From an uncultured Bacilli bacterium (lineage in GTDB: Bacteria; Bacillota_I; Bacilli_A; RF39; UBA660), in assembly GCA_947589675.1 (NCBI GenBank), contig CANQCI010000001.1:7156-71155 (forward strand): a stretch of 64,000 bases of DNA. Direction: 5' to 3'. Below the pieces are notes generated by a model. The model was not told where the DNA came from and did no database searches. It saw only the letters and a list, made by a program, of their open reading frames with translations. The stretch's first letter is position 1. Every line of letters starts with the position of its first letter. Of this stretch, positions 38,593-47,716 are shown one piece after another. The position numbers and the translations under genes were made by a program.

Positions 38593-41451
38593 TTAAATAT
38601 CTAGTTTTTCATATCTTGAGTAGTTGTTATCTGTTACCCAAATATTTACAGGACAATTATGGTGTTCTTTTAAATATTTTATATAATCAGCAATAGTATA
38701 TGTATCTAGCCATTCTTGATTATAGTTATTGGCTGGATTTTTTTCGTTAATTTTTTCTAAATTTTCTTTAAATTTTTTATAAGAATAAATGGTGGCTTTT
38801 TTATTATCTTTTGAAACTGCATAAAATACTTTCTTATCTAAAATATTGGTATCTTTAATTTCCTTGAAGATATTTGTAACTAAATTTTTGTTTTCTGGTT
38901 TACTATACCCGCAGATAATATCATAGCTTATGGCAAAATCACTCCCTAATTTTTGAGCTAAATCTTCGATATCTATGTCGTATTCTTTTTTAATTCCGTA
39001 GTATTTTAAAATTTCATAACGATTTTTGACAATCTCAGCAAATTCGTTTTTAAAATAGTGATTTTTGTCTAAACCATTTGCCATATCTAATAAATGTTTA
39101 TGAATACCATTGGTTCCCCCGATAACACCATCATCAATTTTTAATTCAATAAATTTAACTTTTTTATGTTCAAAATCAATAAATATATTATCAATACGTC
39201 CTTTTTTATTTTCCCGACTTCTTCCATTTTCAGGTATTGTTTCATCTTGGTTGTTTTCTTCATCAATTTCTTGTTCACTTTCTTTTTTTAAGTCTTTATT
39301 TGAAGCATAGAAAGTAAATTCCATTTCAAAAGGTATATCATTTTTCGTAAAAGGAGAAAGGGAAGCTTGAGCCATATCTTTTCTTCCTATTTTTGTTGCC
39401 ATTTTGGAAACTAAAGTTTGTTGAAAACTTTTTTCGCTATCAGTTCGAGTTTTAGCAAAGTCATTATCATAGTTACCTGCAAGTCCGGCGTAAATTTCAG
39501 CTCTTCTGGTCATAATATCCATTAAAGTATCAAAAGAAGTGCTATAATCAAATGCCGTTTCTTTTAGTCTAAAATTTACTTGTAAAGATTGAAAACCAGT
39601 TGGTTCTTTTGTTTTTAGATACTCATCATTTTCTTTTTTTAATTTAAAACCAGTTTGGGTATAACAAAGTAATTTTAATTTAAAAGCTTTTTCTAAATCA
39701 ATACTTTCTTCTTTGTTTATTGTTAAACAATAGCCTTTAGCTTCACCTTTATTTCTTGGGAAATATTCTGTAAAGTCATCGATTGGGACAATTGCTTGCA
39801 AATTTTCTTTAATTCGTTGGGCATTTTTTAGTTTATCTACTCCTTTTTCACTTGTTGAAAAAGGTAATTTAAATTTATTACTGGCATATTCTAATTTAAA
39901 ACCAATTGTCTTTAATGATTCATAATCATCGTTTACTTTTTGGTATGGTTTAATTTCGGTTATTTTATTTGCACAGGCTAACTCCATTAAATCATCGGCG
40001 TTGGTGTAATTAGGCAAGAACAATGAAACATTTAATATAATAGCCCCATTATAAAAATCAAATAATTTTACTCCTTTATAATAAACTTTAACTTCTGGCT
40101 TTTCTTTGGTGCCCCTGATTCTTAAACATATGTTATTTTTATCTTTTGATGGATTATAAAAATAATTAAAAAAATGGGTTGCTTTTTCTTTATTATCCAT
40201 GCTTACTTCGACATCTTCATTTTCTTTAACTAATATTACATTATCAAGGACATTTACTAGTTCTTCTGGTTTAGTTGTATGAATGGGAATAACTTTTTGA
40301 GCCTTTAGACTATTAAGTAAAGCAATTGTTTGGCGATCAGCATGACCTGATGTATGTAAATCAACAATCTCCTTGATGCCATATTTTTTAATTTCGTCTA
40401 AAAAGTTTTGCATATCTTCCTTTTCTTTATAACCACTCCACATAGAATAAATTAGACAGGCATTTGTAATATATCCTTTGGAAGCAAGCTTTTGAATTGC
40501 TTCTAACATGGAAGCTTTTATTAGAAAACAATATTTTTTATTTTGATAAGCCTTTTGTTTTGCACATCTACGAAGATTATTCACATACTTTTGTTTAAAT
40601 TCTAAACTCTTTCTTAAATATTTGGAAATTACCCATACATATACATCGTCATTATCATATGGATTAGGAATAGTAGCATCTTTTAAACGAACAGCTAAAT
40701 TGGCTGTAAACAAATCTTCAATAAAAGTTTTTCCTGTCGTTTTAGTGACTTGATAAAAACCTTTTAAACGATCGATATTAGTGGATGATTGTAAGATAAA
40801 AACTTGATCATACTTCTTAAAATATTCCTTAGCTCTGATCATTAAATGTTCTTCCGTTTCGTTGACAACTTCTGGGCGACTTAAGGAAGTCCCCTCAGTT
40901 ATAAGCATATCTACATGACCAATGGCTTTTAAGGTGGGCTTGAAATCCTTACCATTTAAACCATTATTACGAAAGTCGCCAGTATGAAGGATTCTTTTGC
41001 CATCCGCTTCGATTAAAATCATGGCGGAGTGATAAGCGGAATGATCGACAAAGTAGGGGGTAATTCGCATATCTTTAATTGTAATAGTTTTATTAAAAGG
41101 CATATCTAAGGTATTAAAACGGATACTTTTGGAGGTAAAAACTGATAATAATGTATATATTTTTTTCGAAATATCTTCAACATAAACCGGAATATCATCT
41201 AATATATAGTGAATTAAACCAATATGATCCCCATGACTATGGGTGATAAAGACCGCATCATACGTTTTATCCCCAGTTGTTAAACCATCAATCTTCGGAT
41301 TTTTGATTCTTTTTGTGGCATTATCATCCGGTAAATCTTCCCCAAAATCAATAATAATTCGTGTTCCTTGATTACTGGTAATTTCGGTAATACAACCACC
41401 AATTTGGTTGGTACCTTTTAAAATTCTAACTTTCATTTTTACATCTCCCAT
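38593..41451 (-). CDS. large two-nuclease-domain protein: N-terminal MBL/beta-CASP (RNase J-like) plus C-terminal PD-(D/E)xK-like domain
   Basis: N-terminus: FITHSHGDHIG (HxHxDH) ... later HTSGHA (beta-CASP motif C-like). C-terminus: GRIDNIFIDFEHKKVKFIELKID (D...ExK). The start may be the second ATG (41436), which has a GGAGA RBS. Confidence 0.55.
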   Translation of the reverse strand: MGDVKMKVRILKGTNQIGGCITEITSNQGTRIIIDFGEDLPDDNATKRIKNPKIDGLTTGDKTYDAVFITHSHGDHIGLIHYILDDIPVYVEDISKKIYTLLSVFTSKSIRFNTLDMPFNKTITIKDMRITPYFVDHSAYHSAMILIEADGKRILHTGDFRNNGLNGKDFKPTLKAIGHVDMLITEGTSLSRPEVVNETEEHLMIRAKEYFKKYDQVFILQSSTNIDRLKGFYQVTKTTGKTFIEDLFTANLAVRLKDATIPNPYDNDDVYVWVISKYLRKSLEFKQKYVNNLRRCAKQKAYQNKKYCFLIKASMLEAIQKLASKGYITNACLIYSMWSGYKEKEDMQNFLDEIKKYGIKEIVDLHTSGHADRQTIALLNSLKAQKVIPIHTTKPEELVNVLDNVILVKENEDVEVSMDNKEKATHFFNYFYNPSKDKNNICLRIRGTKEKPEVKVYYKGVKLFDFYNGAIILNVSLFLPNYTNADDLMELACANKITEIKPYQKVNDDYESLKTIGFKLEYASNKFKLPFSTSEKGVDKLKNAQRIKENLQAIVPIDDFTEYFPRNKGEAKGYCLTINKEESIDLEKAFKLKLLCYTQTGFKLKKENDEYLKTKEPTGFQSLQVNFRLKETAFDYSTSFDTLMDIMTRRAEIYAGLAGNYDNDFAKTRTDSEKSFQQTLVSKMATKIGRKDMAQASLSPFTKNDIPFEMEFTFYASNKDLKKESEQEIDEENNQDETIPENGRSRENKKGRIDNIFIDFEHKKVKFIELKIDDGVIGGTNGIHKHLLDMANGLDKNHYFKNEFAEIVKNRYEILKYYGIKKEYDIDIEDLAQKLGSDFAISYDIICGYSKPENKNLVTNIFKEIKDTNILDKKVFYAVSKDNKKATIYSYKKFKENLEKINEKNPANNYNQEWLDTYTIADYIKYLKEHHNCPVNIWVTDNNYSRYEKLDI

Positions 41452-41457
41452 TCTTTT

Positions 41458-42504
41458 TTAATGAATAATATACCAAGCATTTCTTTTAAAATCATAGCCG
41501 ATATTTTTATAAATTTTATTATAATCATGCATATAACGTTCGACACTTCTAAGGGTAAGCGAAAACTTTTTAGCAATTTCCTTAGTCGTAACTATATCCT
41601 TCTTTTTTAAATAAAGATGGATTTTTTCTAAAGATGCTTTTTTGTTTTTGGATAGTTTTATTTTTTTACTATTTAAAAGATATTTATAATAAAGTTCAAG
41701 GATAGAGTCATCATCAGGATATTCTTGATTAACGAAATAAATATTACTATATTTTAAATGATAAAAATTTAGCTTTTTTTCATCCTCGGTAAGTATATAG
41801 ACAAATTGAAAGTGATTAAATAGTTTACGATATTTTTTATCGATTTCCATAATCTCTTTTAAGGGTAACTTATCTTCGCCGATAATCAGTAGAAACCCTT
41901 GTTTCCTTTTTAAATCTTCCAGTTTATCAACTTTCTTTATATACGGAAAATGGAAATGATTTTCCTTAGTAAATTCATCTAGTTCTCTTTTATCGATTAA
42001 AGAATAATATAGGGAACCACAAAGATAAACGTTTCGTGACATTTGGGCTAAATCACTATCTTTAGGATAAATTTCAAATACTTTTAAAGGATAAGATTGT
42101 GCATCAATTTCCTGTAGTAATTCTTGTTGTCTTCTCAAAATATAAAAATATTCAGTCTTTTCATAATCACAAACTATTTTTAAAACTTTAGGTTCAATTT
42201 TTAAAAAAATAATAAAATCACAATCAACAATTTGGGTACTAAATAAAGGCTTTCCTTTTTCAATTTTGATTTGTTCTTCCATTCTTTTTCGTTCATTATC
42301 TGTTACATACCATTTTTCAATTGCCCCAAATTCTTTAATTAGTAATTCATCTAAGACATGATTATAAAGTTTTCCCATAGCCATAAATTGATAAATCTTT
42401 TGGATGGAAGTTTCACTGGCTGATAATACTAAAACTTTTTTATCTTGATTTTCTAAAAGAATTTTTTTTAACCGATTTAACTTTTCATTCATATTTTTCT
42501 CCAA
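41458..42504 (-). CDS. hypothetical protein with a C-terminal helix-turn-helix
   Basis: C-terminal ...DIVTTKEIAKKFSLTLRSVERYMHDY is HTH-like. It lies 6 bp upstream of the 952-aa gene. Confidence 0.45.
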   Translation of the reverse strand: MEKNMNEKLNRLKKILLENQDKKVLVLSASETSIQKIYQFMAMGKLYNHVLDELLIKEFGAIEKWYVTDNERKRMEEQIKIEKGKPLFSTQIVDCDFIIFLKIEPKVLKIVCDYEKTEYFYILRRQQELLQEIDAQSYPLKVFEIYPKDSDLAQMSRNVYLCGSLYYSLIDKRELDEFTKENHFHFPYIKKVDKLEDLKRKQGFLLIIGEDKLPLKEIMEIDKKYRKLFNHFQFVYILTEDEKKLNFYHLKYSNIYFVNQEYPDDDSILELYYKYLLNSKKIKLSKNKKASLEKIHLYLKKKDIVTTKEIAKKFSLTLRSVERYMHDYNKIYKNIGYDFKRNAWYIIH

Positions 42505-42556
42505 AGAAACATCTGTTACTATATATTTATTATAGCATGTCTTGATAATAATGAGG

Positions 42557-43129
42557 TTAAAAATTTTTCATAGTTAAATGATTAATAGAACTTACTTGCC
42601 AATTGGTGAAATTATATTTTTTAAATCCTTTTTCATTCATAAATAAGATAATTTGGGCATTATATCTTTTACTATATTTTTCAATGGTATTTTTTAGACA
42701 TTTAAAACTTTTGGTAGTATTTTTTAATAAATCTTCTAAACTATCAATAATAATCATTTGATATTCATTATCAAAATCAAAGATAATATCAACCCAGTCT
42801 TGTTCGGGAAATACTTTAGAACTACTAATAACTATATTAGCATGTCTAACTTTTTCTAAAGCTAAAATAAAATCTTGGACATTTATTTTTTGTTCTTTTA
42901 AAGCATTGGTTTTAGCTCCCACGGGAAACATATAGCTTTCTATTACTTGAAAATTAATTTTCGAAAGATGCGAGATTAAACGATTAACGTAATAGGAAGT
43001 ACGTAACAAAAAAGATTGCATATAAATAGTTTTTTGTTCTTTGATACCATATAAATCGAGAATATTAATAAGGAGAGGAATCCTTTCTTTAGGATTCCTG
43101 CTATAAATTAAAGATATACGTTCATTCAT
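42557..43129 (-). CDS. hypothetical protein (190 aa)
   Basis: ORF overlapping the upstream gene by 4 nt (ATGA). No motif recognised. Confidence 0.4.
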   Translation of the reverse strand: MNERISLIYSRNPKERIPLLINILDLYGIKEQKTIYMQSFLLRTSYYVNRLISHLSKINFQVIESYMFPVGAKTNALKEQKINVQDFILALEKVRHANIVISSSKVFPEQDWVDIIFDFDNEYQMIIIDSLEDLLKNTTKSFKCLKNTIEKYSKRYNAQIILFMNEKGFKKYNFTNWQVSSINHLTMKNF

Positions 43130-43890
43130 AGCTCATCATCAATTTTCAACACCTTATCTGTTTTTGAATCTAACTCAATCAAAAAAGTTTGCTCAAATAA
43201 ATTAAGGCTAACTGTTAATGATTCTTTATTAACATTTGATACTTTCCCCACCATATCTTTAAAAGCACCATTTAATATTTGCACTTTATCATCTTTCTTA
43301 ATATCTTCAAAAGCTGTGAACTCTTTTGGAATTTCTTCTTTCTTAGTGATTGTTCTTTCTTTAAGATAAGGTCGTAAATCAAATGGTTGGGGTTTTACTT
43401 CTGGGACATCTAATCCATAAAAATATTTATTGATACAAAATATTTCAAAATCTCTTGTTTGATTGGCTAGGGCTACATCATAATCATAAAATTCGAAGAC
43501 ATAATCAATATATTCATCAAGTCCTTCCATGTTTTTGTTTGCTCTTAATGCCTTACATTGGGTAATGATATCTTCATTTTCCTTGAGTAAATCATTTAAT
43601 TCATCGGGGTTATAATGATATTTTTTTGAGTAACTAGCCATCGGCAATTTTGGTAAGGGGGCTTTTACTTTGGCAACTTCTAGTCCATAAAAGTACTTCA
43701 CAATACAATATAAGATATATTTAAATTCCAAATCGTCCTCATGATGCATTGCCATATAAATTAATCGGTTAATATATTGTCTTACTCCTTTCTTCCGATA
43801 ATTCTTTTTTAATTCAAGCATTTGTTCAATAATGTTATCTTTTGACCTAATGATGTTGGCTACCTCCTTCGTTGCTCTAATAGAATACAT
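43126..43890 (-). CDS. KOW-domain protein with an internal tandem repeat (NusG-paralogue-like C-terminus)
   Basis: The C-terminal KDDKVQILNGAFKDMVGKVSNVNKESLTVSLNLFEQTFLIELD matches the NusG KOW pattern. Two internal repeats, KYFYGLEVAKVKAPLPKLP and KYFYGLDVPEVKPQPFDLRP. No obvious NGN domain. Confidence 0.5.
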   Translation of the reverse strand: MYSIRATKEVANIIRSKDNIIEQMLELKKNYRKKGVRQYINRLIYMAMHHEDDLEFKYILYCIVKYFYGLEVAKVKAPLPKLPMASYSKKYHYNPDELNDLLKENEDIITQCKALRANKNMEGLDEYIDYVFEFYDYDVALANQTRDFEIFCINKYFYGLDVPEVKPQPFDLRPYLKERTITKKEEIPKEFTAFEDIKKDDKVQILNGAFKDMVGKVSNVNKESLTVSLNLFEQTFLIELDSKTDKVLKIDDEL

Positions 43891-44151
43891 GTCTATTTTC
43901 TCCTTTCTTAAGAAACATTATAGCATAGCATTTTTATATTTCTTTTAAACGACAATTTTATTTTGCATATTTTGCCTAATTTATAGATATTAAGTGAAAA
44001 ATTTGTAATTGTAAAAATTAGAAAATTTGCTAATTATTATTTATAGAATATCATAATGTAAATAAAATGATAAATTTTAATATATTTTGTATAATTAGCT
44101 TTTAGTTATGATACAATATTTTTAAATAAAATAATGATAGGAGATTAACTT

Positions 44152-44394
44152 ATGGATAATGAAAACATGAATAATAAAATAATTATTAATGGAATAGAAT
44201 ATGAAATTGTAGCTTATTTAAAAAATGAGAATGGAAATTACTTAGTTTATACAGATGGAAAAATATTAGAAAGTAATAATGTTGCTCTTTATGTAAATTT
44301 AGTAGTTATAGAAAATGGTGAATTTAAATTAGAAAGTATTGATGATACAGAAGTTTCCAATGTTATTGAATTATTGAAAGAGAGGTTAAAATAA
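44152..44394 (+). CDS. small DUF1292-like protein (80 aa)
   Basis: IEYEIVAYLKNENGNYLVYTDG ... VIENGEFKLESIDDTE..VIELLKE pattern. Paralogue of 61384-61632. Confidence 0.4.
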   Translation: MDNENMNNKIIINGIEYEIVAYLKNENGNYLVYTDGKILESNNVALYVNLVVIENGEFKLESIDDTEVSNVIELLKERLK

Positions 44395-45713
44395 TGATTA
44401 TATCATCTAGATTGGTAGAATTAATGAATTATAAAGATTTTTTAGAATATGAAATTAGACTTCGAGAAACTATTAGACCTTTTGATTTTGTGTATTTAAA
44501 CGGCAGGGCTAATAAGACATTAGGAACATTAAAAGCTGCTTTAGTTGAGATGGAAAATATTTTAGTTAATATTGAACAAATCACTAAATTAAGTAATATG
44601 TTAAATGATGTAAAAAAAATAAAACCTTTACAACAAGAATTAGAACAAAATAGGAAAGCTAAAGAAGCTGTTAAAAATATTGATACTATTAGTAATGATG
44701 TAAGGAAAGATTTAAACGGGTTACAAGAACAATTTTTTACTCAACTACAATATTGTTATGACTTGAAAAATAAAGTTGCTCAACAAATTGTTGATTATGA
44801 AGAAAGAAAAAACTATGATAAAAAAACTGAAGAGTTTGCTTCTTTAGCTCGCAATTCTTTAGTAAATAAAGGAAGGGTTCCTTTTCAACAAGAAACCTTG
44901 CTGCAAGATGCAAATGAAAAAGTAAAAGAACATGATGAAAAAGCAACTACAATAGATAAAGATTATGCCTTTTTAAGTAGTCACGAAAATACTTTAGATA
45001 GAGCTCTAAATGCTTTGGAGGATATTTTAAAAACTCCAGCTACTTTTTCGGAAAGACAAAATGTTGGGTTACAAACTAAAATTAAAAAGGAAGTAGCCAA
45101 CATAAAAAAAGCCTTACCACCTAAAGTTATTTTGGTTTCAAAAGAGTCATTGAGTAAATTAAGAGAATCTGATCAATTAACCAATGATTTAAGATTTATT
45201 CAAGCTTTATTACAAAATCCCCCAACTTTAGTCAATAGAAGTTATTGGGAATATAATGCTCGAATAGATAAAATTAGAAATTTATTAGATCAAGCTTTAC
45301 AATTTGAAGAAAAAAGAAAATCTAATATTGAACAAGAACGCAATACAATAGCCAAAAAAGAAAAGTTTGCTACCGATGCGGTTAATAAATATGCTAATAT
45401 TTTAAATGATAATCAAATAACTCAACAATCGCAAATTCATATTGAAAATGGTCAATTTGATTTACAAGCTGAAAATGAAAGATTAAAATTGGCACGTGAT
45501 GAAGCCTATAGAAATGGTGATTACGAAAAAGCTCGAAGTATTCAAGAAACCATATCTGCTAACGAAAAAACTATCGCGGGAATAATGAGTAAAAGTGCTG
45601 TTACCACATTACCTTTAGAGTATACGGATATGAAACAAAAATTAAAGAATATGAGTTTTTTATATCAAAATGATGATTCGCAAACTTTATCAAATGAAGG
45701 AAGACCGAGATAA
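44394..45713 (+). CDS. hypothetical coiled-coil protein (439 aa)
   Basis: Helical and coiled-coil throughout. Translationally coupled to its flanking small genes (TAATG overlaps). Confidence 0.45.
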   Translation: MIISSRLVELMNYKDFLEYEIRLRETIRPFDFVYLNGRANKTLGTLKAALVEMENILVNIEQITKLSNMLNDVKKIKPLQQELEQNRKAKEAVKNIDTISNDVRKDLNGLQEQFFTQLQYCYDLKNKVAQQIVDYEERKNYDKKTEEFASLARNSLVNKGRVPFQQETLLQDANEKVKEHDEKATTIDKDYAFLSSHENTLDRALNALEDILKTPATFSERQNVGLQTKIKKEVANIKKALPPKVILVSKESLSKLRESDQLTNDLRFIQALLQNPPTLVNRSYWEYNARIDKIRNLLDQALQFEEKRKSNIEQERNTIAKKEKFATDAVNKYANILNDNQITQQSQIHIENGQFDLQAENERLKLARDEAYRNGDYEKARSIQETISANEKTIAGIMSKSAVTTLPLEYTDMKQKLKNMSFLYQNDDSQTLSNEGRPR

Positions 45714-46000
45714 TGTCCCAAAAACAAGATGTATTTAATTCTTTTATGGATGAGTTTGTTAAACTAGACATAAGTCAAAAGAACCACGAAATAATTGAAA
45801 AACAAAAATTAATAATAGCTTTTTTATTTAAGTATGCTACGGAACATGGAATAAAATATGAATCTATAAAAAGTAAAGAAATTAATGATATTATGGAAAA
45901 TAAGGGAACTAATGAAGACTATTTAGAGGCTATGATGGTTTATACTCATAATATTGAAGAATTAATTGGACTTATTTTAAATCGAGGAAATTATAAATAA
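45713..46000 (+). CDS. small helical protein (95 aa), paralogue of 61089-61382
   Basis: EAMMVYTHNIEELIGLIL aligns with EAVFVYINAIKELIGNYV in the 61089 ORF. Confidence 0.4.
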   Translation: MSQKQDVFNSFMDEFVKLDISQKNHEIIEKQKLIIAFLFKYATEHGIKYESIKSKEINDIMENKGTNEDYLEAMMVYTHNIEELIGLILNRGNYK

Positions 46001-46036
46001 AAACAACCTATCATATGCGAAGATGGTTGTTTTTGT
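45999..46036 (+). terminator. rho-independent terminator
   Basis: AAACAACC-tatcatatgcgaagat-GGTTGTTTTTGTT. Confidence 0.4.
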
Positions 46037-46245
46037 TCTTTCGTTACAGTTCAGTCAGATAAATACAGGGATTGAGGGACATTTTTAGTATAAAAATAAT
46101 GTTTTTTAGCAAAAATTCAGTCAATATTTATAATTTTTGCTCTAAAAAGAGAATTTGATACTTTATTAAAAATATCTATTATTCCCATTAATTACAATGG
46201 TTTATTTATATTTTTAATTCCTTGACTGAACTGTAACGTTCTTTC
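46036..46245. mobile_element. MITE-like element / IS footprint: 16-bp perfect terminal inverted repeats flanked by a 7-bp direct repeat
   Basis: TTCTTTC[CGTTACAGTTCAGTCA ...165 bp... TGACTGAACTGTAACG]TTCTTTC. The interior is non-coding and holds a nested IR GCAAAAATT/AATTTTTGC. Confidence 0.45.
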
Positions 46246-46333
46246 ATTTGAATAGGTGAATAAGTATTTAAAATGAATTTAATTTATGATATATTATGTT
46301 TAGCAAAGATTTATTTAGAAAGGACAATAATAT

Positions 46334-47413
46334 ATGAAAAAAGATACTTATGTAAATTATATAAAATATACTTTAAGCACCTATAATAAAGCAAATAAGA
46401 GAGAATTAATAAAGTTATATAAAGATGCTAATTTAGTAAAGGAAAAAAATGCTTATCCAACTATATTTGATGATGATTTAGTGGATATAGATTATACTAA
46501 TATGGATAATACTATTATTGATTGTATAAAAAAGCATGATGAGGCAATTGAAATATATGAAAAATATCAATTTACAAAAGCATATAAATATGCCGTTTTA
46601 TTTAAATGTTCTGATTTTGAAAAATTGTTATTAAAAATAGATGAAATCGCTGAATATGAATATAATAATACCAATGTAAAACTATTTGATGAATTACAGC
46701 AGCCCACTAAAATAATATATAATAATGACAGTATATTATTGTTTAATAAAAAGTTTGAAGCTGTACACCCTCAAACTGGGGAAGAATTATTATTACATTA
46801 TCCATTATTAGCCATAGTTCACAAAGAAAGTAAACTTGTTGAATTTAGATTTGATACAATAAAAAGGCTGTTTACTGATGGAGATAGAGACCAAAATATA
46901 TATGTGAAATTGATTGATGAATTAATAAATTATTTTAAAACAACGTTCGACAGTGATTTGTTGGCTATTAATTTAGATTTTATGATTGAAATAACAAAGG
47001 AGGAATCTAATAAAAATATTAAATTATTATCGCAATACATGTTTTTAAAAGATGGTGGTAAAGCCCAATTAACAGTGGGCAATAATGAAGAATATGTGTT
47101 ACCAATTATAGGAGAATTAAAAAACATAATCAATGAATTAAGAGAAGAACTAGACAAAAATGTCAAAATTAAAGACGCTTTAGAACAGTTTGTATATGAA
47201 AAAGAAGAAACGACAGATTATCCTTGGATTGAAGTTTTATTTTTGGATGAAGAGGGAATAAAAACTAGAAATAATCATGTAAAATTTACATTTAACTATA
47301 TGAACAGAAATTATTGCTTAATAACATATTATTATAATGATACATTAATTGAAATGGAGAGGATGAATAATGTCACAAGATTTATTGGAAAAAATATTGA
47401 AAGACAAAATTGA
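46334..47413 (+). CDS. hypothetical protein (359 aa)
   Basis: First gene of a tightly overlapping three-gene operon. No motif recognised. Confidence 0.45.
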   Translation: MKKDTYVNYIKYTLSTYNKANKRELIKLYKDANLVKEKNAYPTIFDDDLVDIDYTNMDNTIIDCIKKHDEAIEIYEKYQFTKAYKYAVLFKCSDFEKLLLKIDEIAEYEYNNTNVKLFDELQQPTKIIYNNDSILLFNKKFEAVHPQTGEELLLHYPLLAIVHKESKLVEFRFDTIKRLFTDGDRDQNIYVKLIDELINYFKTTFDSDLLAINLDFMIEITKEESNKNIKLLSQYMFLKDGGKAQLTVGNNEEYVLPIIGELKNIINELREELDKNVKIKDALEQFVYEKEETTDYPWIEVLFLDEEGIKTRNNHVKFTFNYMNRNYCLITYYYNDTLIEMERMNNVTRFIGKNIERQN

Positions 47414-47714
47414 TTTAAATCTTGATGAAGCGATAAAATTTTTAATGAAATTTAAAAAAAATGAATATATTTATCCAAGTACAATTAAAAGAAATTTAAA
47501 GATAGATGATAAAAAAGTTTATGAGGTATTAACACTATTGGAAAATGCTGGTATTATAAAAATGTATTATGAATTTTTTTGCTACAATTGTAATAATTCA
47601 AAAGGTTTGTATACCTATTTTAATGAATTAAACGATGAATTAGTTTGTGATTATTGTGAGAATAAACTAAATAGTAATGATAATATTAAAATAGTGTATA
47701 AGGTGATTAAATAA
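47370..47714 (+). CDS. small winged-helix plus C4 zinc-ribbon protein (114 aa)
   Basis: ...KVYEVLTLLENAGIIKMYYEFFCYNCNNS...CDYCENKL. Overlaps the upstream gene by 44 nt. Confidence 0.45.
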   Translation: MSQDLLEKILKDKIDLNLDEAIKFLMKFKKNEYIYPSTIKRNLKIDDKKVYEVLTLLENAGIIKMYYEFFCYNCNNSKGLYTYFNELNDELVCDYCENKLNSNDNIKIVYKVIK

Positions 47715-47716
47715 GC

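Noticed and set aside
43891-44151. Divergent 260-bp intergenic region scanned for operator palindromes
   Set aside because: Only short imperfect AT palindromes (TAATT...AATTA) were found. They are not distinguishable from background in ~20% GC DNA.
44394-45713. 439-aa coiled-coil protein considered as an LXG/T7SS polymorphic toxin
   Set aside because: The N-terminus does not match the LXG consensus on inspection. No esxA/essC-type genes are in the window. It is kept only as a possibility under the paralogous-module finding.
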